This document shows, piece after piece, positions 1 through 9,580 of a DNA stretch of 32,000 nt. Positions within the stretch are counted from its first letter, which is position 1. Every line of letters starts with the position of its first letter. Made by a program: the position numbers and the translations under genes. The notes under the pieces were generated by a model. It worked only from the letters and a program-made list of their open reading frames with translations. It ran no database searches and was not told the origin of the DNA. This stretch comes from an uncultured Pelagibacteraceae bacterium (GTDB taxonomy: Bacteria; Pseudomonadota; Alphaproteobacteria; Pelagibacterales; Pelagibacteraceae), in the NCBI GenBank assembly GCA_902583645.1, contig CACHWQ010000008.1, positions 5,596 to 37,595 of the forward strand. Direction: 5' to 3'.

Positions 1-1181
1 CTGCAGCTGTTATTAAAGCTTTAACAATTGGTGAGTCTAGAGTTGTTCTATATAAAGTTTGTTTAATAGCTATAACTTTTTTATCATTTGCTGCTTGGTT
101 TAAAAATTCAATTACTGAGTCAAATGTTTCAAAAGGATGATGAACAACTAAATCTTTCTTTTTAATAGTTTCAAAAAAATTATCATTATATTCTTTTAAT
201 CTTTCAACTTCTCTAGGGGTAAAATGCTTAAATCTTAATTTTGGATTTTTTACTTTACATATTTGATCTATATCTTGAATTCCAACAAGGCCAGATACAT
301 CATAAATATAGTCAGGATTTATATCTAATTTATTAGTTATAAATCTTACCAATTCTTTATCGCTATTTTCAAGAACCTCTAAACGAACAATATCACCAGT
401 TCTACGTCTTTTTAAAGCCAATTCAAAAGATCTAACTAAATCTTCTGCTTCCTCTTGAATCTCTACATCGCTGTCTCTTATTACTCTAAAAATCATTTTC
501 TTTTCTAAATCATGATCTGGAAAAATTTCATTAGCAAAAAAACTTATTACGTCATCTAGAATAACAAACTTCTTATGATTTTTTGAAGACTCTATTTCAA
601 TAAATCTAGATAATGCTTTTGGTATTACAATTATTGAGTTTAAAATCCTTTTTTTTATTTTTTTTTCTTAACTTCATTACAATTGCTCTTCCTTGATTGA
701 TTATAAATGGAAATGGGTGTGCAGGATCAATTGCTGATGGTGTTAATAAAGGGTAAATCTCTTCTTTAAATATTTCTAGAAGTTTTTTTTTATCCTTAGT
801 ATTTAAATTAACTGGTTTAACTAAACTGATATTATTTTTTTTTAATTCCATAATCAGTTTAATAAAAATTTTATTCTGTTTTTTTAATAAATTCTTAGTT
901 TCAAGCACTACTTCATCCATTTGCTCTTCAGGTGTCAAACCATCAGAACTTAATGATTCAACTTCTTGTTTTATTTGACTATATAACCCAGCAACACGGA
1001 CCATAAAAAATTCATCTAGATTAGACCCAGCAATTGATAAAAACTTTACTCTTTCATAAAGAGGATTTTCGATATTTTGCGCCTCTAAAAGTACTCTGTC
1101 GTTGAATTTTAACCAAGAAAGCTCTCTATTAATATATTTAGATTTTAGCTCTTCTTTATGTTGTTTTTTTAAAGCAGTCAT
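1..1181 (-). pseudogene. ppk: Polyphosphate kinase 1 (PPK1). The N-terminal roughly two-thirds is present and the gene runs off the left edge. As read, the frame is broken once, in the A9-T-A8 coding-strand tract (plus-strand T runs 649-656 and 658-666).
   Basis: ORF 606..1181 has the PPK1 N-terminus (ELSWLKFNDRVLLEA, NLDEFFMVRVAGL, DPAHPFPF). Hand translation of the minus strand 1..657 in the neighbouring frame continues colinearly (IVIPKALSRFIEI, FRVIRDSDVEIQEEAEDL, RRRTGDIVRLEV, VVHHPFETFDSVIEFL, IKQTLYRT). Removing one A from the A8 run joins the two frames. Confidence 0.85.
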
Positions 1182-1194
1182 ATATTTAGATTTT

Positions 1195-1719
1195 ATGTAT
1201 CAATTATACGTCATGAGACACGCAAAATCTAGTTGGGATGATTTAAGTATTAATGATTTTGATAGACCACTTAGTAAAAGAGGCAAGAAAAATGCAAAAA
1301 TGATTTGTGAATTTTTTGTTAAAAAAAAATTTAAATTTGATTATGCATTAATTTCATCATCAAAAAGAACAAAAAAAACTTTTCAAATTTTATCCAAGAA
1401 AATTAATAAGCCAAAAAAAGTTAATTTTTCAAAAGATTTATATTTAGTTGATGAGAATGCAATTACAAAAAAAATTAAAGAAATATCCAGTGAATATAAA
1501 TCGATTTTGATTATAAACCATGAACCATCAGTGAAAAATTTAGTACGAAATCTTACAAAAAATCATAATACGAATAATTTTAAACTAATGAATTATAAAT
1601 TCCCAACAGCAGCATTTGCAAAAATTGAGTTTGATATTAAATCCTGGAATGAAATTGAGAAAAAAGGAGTTTTAAAAGAATTTATAAGACCCAAAGATCT
1701 TCAAGATTCTAAAGAATAA
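1195..1719 (+). CDS. Histidine phosphatase superfamily protein, SixA-like phosphohistidine phosphatase.
   Basis: RHG-type motif near the N-terminus (LYVMRHAKSSW) and a second catalytic His context (LIINHEPSV). I prefer ATG 1195 (MYQLYVMRHAKS) over the tracked start at 1102, which would overlap ppk by 80 nt. Confidence 0.7.
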   Translation: MYQLYVMRHAKSSWDDLSINDFDRPLSKRGKKNAKMICEFFVKKKFKFDYALISSSKRTKKTFQILSKKINKPKKVNFSKDLYLVDENAITKKIKEISSEYKSILIINHEPSVKNLVRNLTKNHNTNNFKLMNYKFPTAAFAKIEFDIKSWNEIEKKGVLKEFIRPKDLQDSKE

Positions 1720-2384
1720 CCAGCTGATCTCACTGTTCTAATTAAAGGTTTTGTATTTTGTATGTTAATTGCTTGTCTTAATCTTCTAATATGAACATCT
1801 ACTGTTCTAGACTCAACATATATATCTTCCCCCCAAACATTATTTAGAAGTTGTTCTCTTGAATAAACTCTTTTTGGATTTTTGATAAAAAAATCTAAGA
1901 GTTTAAATTCAGTTGGACCCAAAGTAATTTCTTTATCTTTTCTATAAACTCTTTTTGTAATCCGATCTATTTTTAAATCAGTAAATTCTACAATGTCTGA
2001 TGATGATTGAGGTTTAGATCTTCTCAATAAAGATTTTATTCTAGCATTCAATTCTTTTTGACTAAAAGGTTTAGTTACATAATCATCTGCACCTGTATCA
2101 AATGCTTTTAATTTGTCTTCTTCCTCCCCTTTTGCAGTTAACATAATGACGGGAATATCATTAAACTTATTATCTTTTTTTAAGTTTTTACAAATTTCAA
2201 CACCAGATAATTCTGGTAACATCCAATCCATTAATATTAAATCTGGCTGTTTTGATTTTATTTGTTTAAGAGCATCTTCTCCATTTTCTGAATGACTGAC
2301 TTTATAACCTTCTTTTTCAAGATTGTACTTTAACAAACTAACAATTGATGCTTCATCTTCAGCTATGAAAACATGAGCTGACAT
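1701..2384 (-). CDS. phoB: Phosphate regulon response regulator PhoB (OmpR family).
   Basis: Receiver domain (DLILMDWMLPELSG, MLTAKGEE) plus a winged-helix output domain (RTVDVHIRRLR). It lies 3 nt downstream of phoU in the pst cluster. Confidence 0.9.
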   Translation of the reverse strand: MSAHVFIAEDEASIVSLLKYNLEKEGYKVSHSENGEDALKQIKSKQPDLILMDWMLPELSGVEICKNLKKDNKFNDIPVIMLTAKGEEEDKLKAFDTGADDYVTKPFSQKELNARIKSLLRRSKPQSSSDIVEFTDLKIDRITKRVYRKDKEITLGPTEFKLLDFFIKNPKRVYSREQLLNNVWGEDIYVESRTVDVHIRRLRQAINIQNTKPLIRTVRSAGYSLES

Positions 2385-2387
2385 AAA

Positions 2388-3095
2388 TCATTTTTCTCCT
2401 GTTACAATTGGCTCGGTGCCCTTTGGTCTGTCACCTTCTAAATATTCACCTTTAACTAAGTAATAAATTTGTTCTGCAACATTTGTAGTATGATCACCAA
2501 TACGCTCAACGTTTTTGGTCACAAACAACAAGTGAGTTCCATCCTCTAAATTTTTTTCATTGTCTTTAAGATATTTTATAACATCTTGCATACAAAGATT
2601 TGTTAGATCATCTATTTGCTCATCACCTTCCCAAACATTTACTGCTATTGGCGCAGATCTTTCTAGATAAGCGTCTAATGTTGATTTTAATTGTTTTTGA
2701 ACATTGGTAGATACTCTATTTAGTGAATCTACCAAATTCTTTGGAAGATTTTCATTAAGCAAAAGTGTTCTCTTGGATATATTTTTTGCTAAATCACCTA
2801 TTCTTTCTAAATCTGAAGACATTTTCAAAGCCGTTACTGTCTCCCTTAAATCAATTGCCATAGGTTGTCTTAAAGCAATTAAATTTACAACTTGTTGTTC
2901 AATCAAGGCTTCATATTTATCTATTTTTTCATCATCTTGAATTACATTTTCAGCAATATCACTATTTCTTGTTGTAATGGCTTGAATTGCTTTACCTAAA
3001 GCATCCTCACATGCACTTCCCATCTTAACTATATTAGCATTCAGATTTTTTAGTTCTTCTTCGTAAGATTTAACTGTATGTGGTGCTTCAGACAT
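2388..3095 (-). CDS. phoU: Phosphate signalling modulator PhoU. As read, it is fused in frame to pstB within tracked ORF 2388..3851.
   Basis: The C-terminal 235 aa of the 487-aa ORF show the duplicated PhoU repeat ([12 protein letters not shown] and [12 protein letters not shown]). ATG 3095-3093 overlaps the restored pstB stop as TAATG. Confidence 0.85.
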   Translation of the reverse strand: MSEAPHTVKSYEEELKNLNANIVKMGSACEDALGKAIQAITTRNSDIAENVIQDDEKIDKYEALIEQQVVNLIALRQPMAIDLRETVTALKMSSDLERIGDLAKNISKRTLLLNENLPKNLVDSLNRVSTNVQKQLKSTLDAYLERSAPIAVNVWEGDEQIDDLTNLCMQDVIKYLKDNEKNLEDGTHLLFVTKNVERIGDHTTNVAEQIYYLVKGEYLEGDRPKGTEPIVTGEK

Positions 3096-3851
3096 TATCC
3101 AAACCTCCCTGTTATATAATCTTGCGTTTTTTTTATTATCAGGATTCTTAAATATTTTATCAGTAGATCCATGTTCAATCAATTGTCCTAAATGAAAAAA
3201 ACCTGTATTTTGAGAAACACGTGCTGCTTGAGCCATAGAATGAGTTACAATTATTATTGTGTGCTCTTTTTTTAACTCGTCAATCAATTCTTCAATTTGC
3301 GCTGTTGCTATAGGATCTAATGCTGAACAAGGCTCATCCATTAATATAACTTCTGGTCTTACAGAAATCGCTCTAGCAATACAAAGTCTTTGCTGTTGTC
3401 CTCCAGATAATCCAGTTCCAGGTTCATGTAATCTATCTTTTACTTCTTCCCATAGTGCAGCCTTTTTCAAACTAGTTTCAACAATTTCATCCATTTCTTG
3501 TTTTGATTGAGCCATACCATGAATTGTTGGACCGTAAGATACATTTTCATATAAAGTTTTTGGAAAAGGATTAGGTTTTTGAAAAACCATACCAATTTTT
3601 TCTCTTAGTCTTACTACATCACAACTTTTATCATTGATATTAAAGTCATTAATTAAAATTTCTCCTTTAACACTACAAATATCAATTACATCATTCATTC
3701 TATTAAGACATCTTAGGAAAGTTGATTTACCACAACCAGATGGACCAATTAATGCTGTTACTTGATTTTCATCAATATCTAAACTTATATTAAAGAGCGC
3801 TTGTTTTTTTCCATAAAAAACATCAACATCTTTTGCTTTAATCTTTATCAT
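3095..3851 (-). CDS. pstB: Phosphate ABC transporter ATPase PstB. The native C-terminus is recovered only after removing one A from the A8 run (plus-strand T8, 3127-3134).
   Basis: Walker [10 protein letters not shown], signature LSGGQQQRL, Walker [12 protein letters not shown]. The shifted frame after NPDNKK reads [10 protein letters not shown]-stop, the canonical PstB C-terminus, with stop at 3095-3097. Confidence 0.88.
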
Positions 3852-5122
3852 TTTAACTCCATTTTTTTTTCAAACTTATGTCTAATTATTTGGGCAAATA
3901 AATTCATTGTTATTAAAAAACCAAGTAAGACCATTATACACGCCGAGACTTTTTCTACAAATCCCCTTTCAGCACTTTCAGCCCAAATATAAATTTGAAC
4001 TGGTAAACTTGCAGCAGGATCCATAGGTGATCCAGGTATCGTGTTAACAAAAGCAACCATTCCAATTAAAATGAGGGGTGCGGTTTCTCCTAAAGCTTGA
4101 GCTAAACCAATTATTGTTCCTGATAACGTACCAGGCATAGAAAGAGGAACTGTATGATGCATTGTGGTTTGCATTCGACTTGCTCCCATAGCAAGTGCTG
4201 CCTCTCTTATACTTGGTGGAACCGCTTTTAATGATGCTCTAGCAGCTATAATTATTGTTGGTAAGGTCATTAAGGACAAAGTGATACCTCCAACTAATGG
4301 TGTAGATCTTGGTAATTGAAATATAGCCAATAAAACTCCTAACCCTAATAGACCAAAAACTATAGATGGAACTGCTGCTAAGTTATTTATATTTACTTCA
4401 ATAAAATCAGTAAATCTATTTTTAGGGGCAAATTCTTCAAGATAGATTGCAGCTAGAACCGCAACAGGAAAAGCTATCATTAAACAAACAAGTATAGAAA
4501 AAATTGAGCCCATAAATGAACTAGCTATACCAGCTAGTTCAGCTTCTCTTGAGTCTGCATTTGTAAAAAAACTAATATTAAATTTACTTTCAACCTTACC
4601 ATTTACAACAAGTTGATCAAAAATTTTTAATTGATAATCGCTTACTCTTCTTTGGTCTTCAGGTAAATCTCTTGGATAATTTCCTTTAAAGACTTGGTCT
4701 AAATCATCTGAAGCAGTTAGATAAACTTCTTTTGTTTTTCCTATTAAATTAGGGTCATTTAAAAGCTCATTTTTAATTTCTTTTTCGAAGAAATAAGACA
4801 CCATTCTCTTCAATTCATTTTCTTGATCCTCATTGGCATTTAGATCTAAATCAGCCATTGATTTTAATGCTATATCGTAATAATCGGCATCTTGTATATC
4901 TTCTTTAGAAGGGTTTTGTTCTAACATCATTAGTTCGGGATCAAAAGTTACTGGAACAATGAGCCAAGTTTTTTGAAAAGCTGAATAGCCAGTTGAAAAA
5001 ATTTTGAAAATAAAAATTGTTAAAAATAAAAGTGCCATAAAAATTGCACTTTGACCGTATAAGCGAAATCTCTGCTCAGCCTTGTATCTTTTATTTAATA
5101 ATTGTTCTTTATTTTTATTCAT
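3848..5122 (-). CDS. pstA: Phosphate ABC transporter permease PstA, long form with a large periplasmic loop.
   Basis: Permease core with the EAA-like loop ([15 protein letters not shown]). The position between pstC and pstB fits. I prefer ATG 5122 (MNKNKEQ), which gives an ATGAATAA 8-nt overlap with the pstC stop; the tracked start 5146 is possible. Confidence 0.85.
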   Translation of the reverse strand: MNKNKEQLLNKRYKAEQRFRLYGQSAIFMALLFLTIFIFKIFSTGYSAFQKTWLIVPVTFDPELMMLEQNPSKEDIQDADYYDIALKSMADLDLNANEDQENELKRMVSYFFEKEIKNELLNDPNLIGKTKEVYLTASDDLDQVFKGNYPRDLPEDQRRVSDYQLKIFDQLVVNGKVESKFNISFFTNADSREAELAGIASSFMGSIFSILVCLMIAFPVAVLAAIYLEEFAPKNRFTDFIEVNINNLAAVPSIVFGLLGLGVLLAIFQLPRSTPLVGGITLSLMTLPTIIIAARASLKAVPPSIREAALAMGASRMQTTMHHTVPLSMPGTLSGTIIGLAQALGETAPLILIGMVAFVNTIPGSPMDPAASLPVQIYIWAESAERGFVEKVSACIMVLLGFLITMNLFAQIIRHKFEKKMELK

Positions 5123-6500
5123 ATTTCTCTCTATATTTTTTAACAACTCTTAAGGCCACAATGTTTAAACAAAGCGTTACTAAAAATAATGACATACCTA
5201 AAGCAAAAGCAGCTTGCGTTTTTGGGTCACCAAAAGCTTGGTCACCAATTAGAATAACTACAATTTGAGCTGTAATTGTTGAAGTAGATTCTAATGGATT
5301 TAAAGTTAAATTAGCAGCTAAACCAGAGGCCATAACAACTATCATTGTTTCTCCAATAGCTCTTGAAACACCAAGCAAAATAGATCCAACTATCCCCGGC
5401 AATGCTGCAGGAAAAATAACTCTCTTGATTGTTTCTGATTTAGTTGCTCCCATAGCATAACTTCCATCTCTTAAACTTTGAGGTACACTTGTAATTACAT
5501 CGTCACTTAAACTTGAAATAAATGGTATGATCATAATGCCCATTACCCCTCCTGCTGCTAAAGCACTTTCAGCTGAAACTTCGAGACCCATTGAGGTTCC
5601 TAATTCTTTTAAAAATGGGCCAACAGTTAGGGCAGCAAAAAAACCATAAACAACTGTTGGTATACCAGCTAAAATTTCAATTAATGGTTTTGCATATTGT
5701 CTAACTTTAGCTGATGCATATTCAGCTAAATAAATTCCACTCATTAATCCAATTGGTATAGCAACACACATAGCAATAAATGCAATAAAAAAAGTACCTG
5801 CAAAAATAGGAACTGCTCCAAAAGTATCTGAATACATTGTCGGATCTAAAGCCTCAGAAGAATCTCTAACAAAAGCTTTTGCTGGATACCAGTGAGTTCC
5901 AAAGACAAAATCAAATAATGGAATTACTTTAAAAAAATCTATAGTTTGAAATATAAGTGAGAAAACTATTCCAACAGTAGTTAATATTGCAGCTAAAGAA
6001 GCTGTAAATAAAACTGCGTTCAAAAATTTTTCAACTGGTTCTCTTGTTCTAGAATTAGATGAAATTCTTTTATACGCATAAGCAACAGAGGCAATAATTG
6101 CAGATAATACTATAACAACTTTTGAACTTTGTGCTATTGATCGAAGACTTAAATATTTTTCAGCAGAAGCATCAATGAAAGGTGTAATTTCTCCGGTGAA
6201 TTGACCTCGAGATAATGCTTTTGTCTTTTCGTATATTAAATTTAATTCATCATCAAGATAACCTTGATTTGAATAATCACTTAATATTAATAGTTTTACA
6301 ATTGTGGGCTCAAAAATTGCCCATAAAGAAAAAATTATAAAGGCTGGTATTGCACACCAAATTGCAAGATAATAACCATAAAATTGTGGTAATGCAGTTA
6401 ATCTTTTTTTTGTAGATTGAATTGTATATGCTTTTTTGCGTCCAAAATAATAACTTGTGAAACCTAGAAGAACAATAAATATAAATAATATTAAGTTCAA
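5115..6500 (-). CDS. pstC: Phosphate ABC transporter permease PstC (long form).
   Basis: Multi-pass membrane protein with a permease loop (LRDGSYAMGATKSETI). It lies directly downstream of pstS. Confidence 0.88.
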   Translation of the reverse strand: MNLILFIFIVLLGFTSYYFGRKKAYTIQSTKKRLTALPQFYGYYLAIWCAIPAFIIFSLWAIFEPTIVKLLILSDYSNQGYLDDELNLIYEKTKALSRGQFTGEITPFIDASAEKYLSLRSIAQSSKVVIVLSAIIASVAYAYKRISSNSRTREPVEKFLNAVLFTASLAAILTTVGIVFSLIFQTIDFFKVIPLFDFVFGTHWYPAKAFVRDSSEALDPTMYSDTFGAVPIFAGTFFIAFIAMCVAIPIGLMSGIYLAEYASAKVRQYAKPLIEILAGIPTVVYGFFAALTVGPFLKELGTSMGLEVSAESALAAGGVMGIMIIPFISSLSDDVITSVPQSLRDGSYAMGATKSETIKRVIFPAALPGIVGSILLGVSRAIGETMIVVMASGLAANLTLNPLESTSTITAQIVVILIGDQAFGDPKTQAAFALGMSLFLVTLCLNIVALRVVKKYREKYE

Positions 6501-6535
6501 AGAATCTCCTTTATTGAGGACTGTACTCTTAATTT

Positions 6536-6569
6536 AAAAAAAAGGGGTCTAAAAAAGACCCCCTTTTTT
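6536..6569 (-). terminator. Intrinsic terminator/attenuator hairpin between pstS and pstC, structurally bidirectional.
   Basis: Stem GGGGTCT (6544-6550) pairs with AGACCCC (6556-6562) around a 5-nt loop. It is flanked by A8 (6536-6543) and T6 (6564-6569). On the minus-strand transcript the hairpin is followed by U8. Confidence 0.75.
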
Positions 6570-6593
6570 AATCATTTGTTAACTGAGGAATAA

Positions 6594-7625
6594 TTAATTA
6601 CCCATAGCAACTAGTTTGGTAGCATTAGTTCTAGTTGTTTTATACAACTTAGAGTCTAATGGCACTAAACCAATGTCTGCTAGGTAACCACCTTTTCCAA
6701 TAGCTTTCTTCGTTGTGAATTCTTTCACAAACTCATGTAAACCTGGAATTACTCCAACGTGAGCTTTTTTCACGTAGAAGAATAAAGGTCTAGCAACAGC
6801 ATAACTGTAGTCTTGAATAGACTTCAATGATGGTTGTCCACCATCAATACTTGCTGCTTGCAATTTATCTTTTGCAGCTAAGAAATAACTGAAACCAAAG
6901 AAACCAAACATATCTTTATCTTGAGTTAACTTTTGGATGATTAAACTATCATTTTCTCCAACTTCAATAGCAGCACCATCTTCTCTGTAAAGTTTTTGAG
7001 GTTTTTTGTATTTTTTATTTCCAGCTTCAAAACCAGCTTTATAAAGAGCTTTAGCTTCTTTGGTCATACCTTTTTTCATAACTAAAGAATTCCAAGCATC
7101 TCTAGTTCCTGATGTTCCTGGTGGGATCATCACTGAAATTTTTTGTTTTGGTAAGCTAGGGTCAATTTGGTCCCAAGTTTTATAAATATTTGGAACTAAT
7201 TTACCGTCAACAACTGTATGAGCAGCTAGTGCTAAATACAAATGTTCTTTAGTAAAGTTTACTGGTTTTGCATCTTTGCTGTAAGCTAATGTAATACCAT
7301 CGTTACCAATTACGATCTCAACGATTTCATTTACACCATTTTTCTTACAAAGAGCTTTTTCTTTATCTTTCATAGCTCTTGATGCATTTGTAATATCAGG
7401 ATGTTGTTCACCTACACCAGCACAGAATAGTTTAGCTCCACCACCAGTACCAGTAGATTCGATTACAGGAGTTTTAAATCCTGAACCACCAAATCTTTCA
7501 GCAACAACTGTTGCGTAAGGGAATACCGTAGAAGAACCAACTATCTTAATTTGATCTCTTGCTTGAGCAACAGTTGCTATTGATAAAGCAACTAATGAAG
7601 CAATTACTATAGTTAGTTTTTTCAT
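6594..7625 (-). CDS. pstS: Periplasmic phosphate-binding protein PstS.
   Basis: Signal peptide (MKKLTIVIASLVALSIATVAQA) and PBP-type phosphate-binding motifs (KIVGSSTVFPY, GTSGTRD). It is the first gene of the pstSCAB string. Confidence 0.9.
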   Translation of the reverse strand: MKKLTIVIASLVALSIATVAQARDQIKIVGSSTVFPYATVVAERFGGSGFKTPVIESTGTGGGAKLFCAGVGEQHPDITNASRAMKDKEKALCKKNGVNEIVEIVIGNDGITLAYSKDAKPVNFTKEHLYLALAAHTVVDGKLVPNIYKTWDQIDPSLPKQKISVMIPPGTSGTRDAWNSLVMKKGMTKEAKALYKAGFEAGNKKYKKPQKLYREDGAAIEVGENDSLIIQKLTQDKDMFGFFGFSYFLAAKDKLQAASIDGGQPSLKSIQDYSYAVARPLFFYVKKAHVGVIPGLHEFVKEFTTKKAIGKGGYLADIGLVPLDSKLYKTTRTNATKLVAMGN

Positions 7626-7695
7626 TATCTTTAATCCTTTCTTTATTTTTAATTTAAAAGATTGCTGACAAGTATAAATTTATTGAATCTTTAAT

Positions 7696-7723
7696 ATTAC
7701 AGAATTGTTACACTTTTGTTAAA
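7696..7723 (-). promoter_or_regulatory. Candidate Pho box: three direct hexamer repeats at 11-bp phasing upstream of pstS.
   Basis: The minus strand reads TTTAAC-aaaag-TGTAAC-aattc-TGTAAT, 70-98 nt upstream of the pstS ATG. The geometry resembles PhoB binding sites (direct repeats, 11-bp period). A 15/17 identical copy lies upstream of plcP. Confidence 0.5.
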
Positions 7724-7734
7724 AAGGTAACTTT

Positions 7735-8343
7735 TTAGTTGTATTTTTTTGATATAATTATCTGATCAATATCACTTTCTAGGCCACCAATACATGAAAC
7801 AGGGTTTACCTGTTCATTAAGAGCTAGTTCATTGCTTGGACGTAAAGTTATTTCTAGTTTTACTAAGTTTACTAATTCTTCTCTAATTTCTTCATCATAT
7901 CTCCAGCTTGGCCATGAACTTGGGGTTGAAAATATAGAGGTTAAATAACTTGTAGCCATAGTATATCTGTAATTACTCAAATTTTCATTCCTCAATAAAA
8001 AATCTCTTACAGAATTAAAAATATTTTTACATCTAAAAGAATCTGAAAAATAATTTTCCTTCTTGAGATTTTCATTCATAGGAACAGAAACAATTAAATC
8101 AATTGAATTTTTAGAATACGAGGTAACTACGTCTGTATAAAATTCATCTTCAGTAACTTCTAAATGATCTTTTATAGAAGGATATGAGGTTTTTAAATCT
8201 GCTTCTAATCTAAAAATTCCAATATCAAAAACTGTAAGTTGCTGATTTCTTAATAATGTTGTGATATCTTTAGAAAAAACACTTGTTGTTATAGAACTTA
8301 ACAAAAAAGCAAAAATCAAAATATTTTTGAATATTTTAACCAT
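7735..8343 (-). CDS. Hypothetical secreted/periplasmic protein of unknown function.
   Basis: 202-aa ORF with an N-terminal signal peptide (MVKIFKNILIFAFLLSSITTSVFS) and two Cys residues. I recognise no family motif. It sits between phoR and pstS. Confidence 0.6.
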   Translation of the reverse strand: MVKIFKNILIFAFLLSSITTSVFSKDITTLLRNQQLTVFDIGIFRLEADLKTSYPSIKDHLEVTEDEFYTDVVTSYSKNSIDLIVSVPMNENLKKENYFSDSFRCKNIFNSVRDFLLRNENLSNYRYTMATSYLTSIFSTPSSWPSWRYDEEIREELVNLVKLEITLRPSNELALNEQVNPVSCIGGLESDIDQIIISKKYN

Positions 8344-8433
8344 ATAAAAAATTAATTAAAAGATTAACATTAATCAAGTAAAGAATTGTTAAAAAAACCT
8401 TCTAAAACTATTACAATATAATACTTTTTAAAT

Positions 8434-9580
8434 TTAAGTTTTCGCTGGTAAATAAATTTGAATTTCAGTTCCTTGGTTTTCCTCACTTAGAATCTCATAG
8501 TGTCCACGATGTTGAGTAACTATATGTTTAACAATAGCTAATCCTAAACCAGTTCCACCAACCTTATTACTTTGTTCAAGATCTACTCTAAAAAATCTTT
8601 CTGTAATTCTAGAAATATATCTTTGAGGAATGCCAACACCTTCGTCTTTAACACTGATCATAAAATTTTTTTCTAACAATTTACCATCACTAATTTCACT
8701 TGATATAAAAATAGACTTATTTTCCTTTGAATACTTAATTGCATTATCTAAAAGATTAGAAAAAACAGTTTGTAATTTTTTTTCATCTCCAATAACAATT
8801 GTTGGATTTGTGAGAGATAAATTAATATTTAATTTCTTTTTTTTTAAAACAATCTCAAAATTACTGATGATTGTTTTGAAAAGATCATTTATATTAACTA
8901 AAGAGTTTGGCCTTATGTGTTCTTCTAATTCAATTCTTGTGAGTATTAAAAGATCATTAATTAAATTTTCCATTCTATTTGATTGATCAGTCATTATTTT
9001 CATAAATTTTTTTTTTGCTTTATCGTCTTCTGCCGCTGGACCTTCAATAGTTTCTAAAGATCCTTTGATAGCCATCAAGGGTGTTCTTAATTCATGGCTT
9101 ACATTGGCGACAAAATCAGTTTTAAATTTTTTGTGCTTTTGTAATTTCAGTAAAGTCTTTTAAAAATAACACAACAGAATCTGGTTCAGTAAATAAATGA
9201 GTTGGACCAGGAATAATATAAATTTTATAAAATTGATATGATGGCAAGCCTATTTCAATATCAATATTTTTTGTTTTATTTTCAACTATAGCTTTTTCAA
9301 TATTTTCTATTAATTCTGGTTTTCGAATTACAGATGATATGTTTTTATCAATTAAACTACTACCAAATCTTTTTAATGCACTTGGATTAGCATATTTAAT
9401 TATGTTAAATTTATTTAATGCAAAAAACTGATCCTCAAGCTCATCGATAATTACTCTTTTTGTTTTTTCTTCTCTTTTGTTAATTATTGTGGCGGTATTT
9501 ATTGGTTTGTTTTTTTTTTTGATTAAGTAGATATAGAAGATAAATTATAACAACTATAAGTAGAATGACGAAATATTCCA
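8434..9580 (-). pseudogene. phoR: Phosphate regulon sensor histidine kinase PhoR. As read, it is split into three frames by two homopolymer breaks (plus-strand T6 9127-9132 and T11 9510-9520).
   Basis: The tracked ORF 8434..9078 carries only the N, G1 and G2 boxes (NLLDNAIKY, DEGVGI, GGTGLGLAIVKH). The H-box FVANVSHELRTP lies just upstream in the same frame. Hand translation gives a PAS-like segment (9122-9544; ends DSVVLFLKDFTEITKAQK) in a second frame, and the TM start MEYFVILLIVVIIYLLYLLNQKK (ATG 9580) in a third frame. Removing one A at each tract yields one ORF of about 381 aa. Confidence 0.85.

Noticed and set aside
1-6. CTGCAG (a PstI site) at the very start of the window, possibly a cloning boundary.
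   Set aside because: A single 6-mer at an arbitrary window edge is uninformative, and the ppk reading frame continues through it.
1102-1194. N-terminal extension of the histidine-phosphatase ORF (tracked start at 1102).
   Set aside because: The extension overlaps the ppk coding region by 80 nt and adds a Cys/Phe/Ser-rich peptide unrelated to the family. ATG 1195 places the RHG motif at the usual distance from the N-terminus.
5123-5146. Longer pstA start at 5146.
   Set aside because: It would overlap pstC by 32 nt. ATG 5122 gives the same ATGAnTAA overlap seen at pepM/ppd. I cannot exclude it without RBS or proteomic data.
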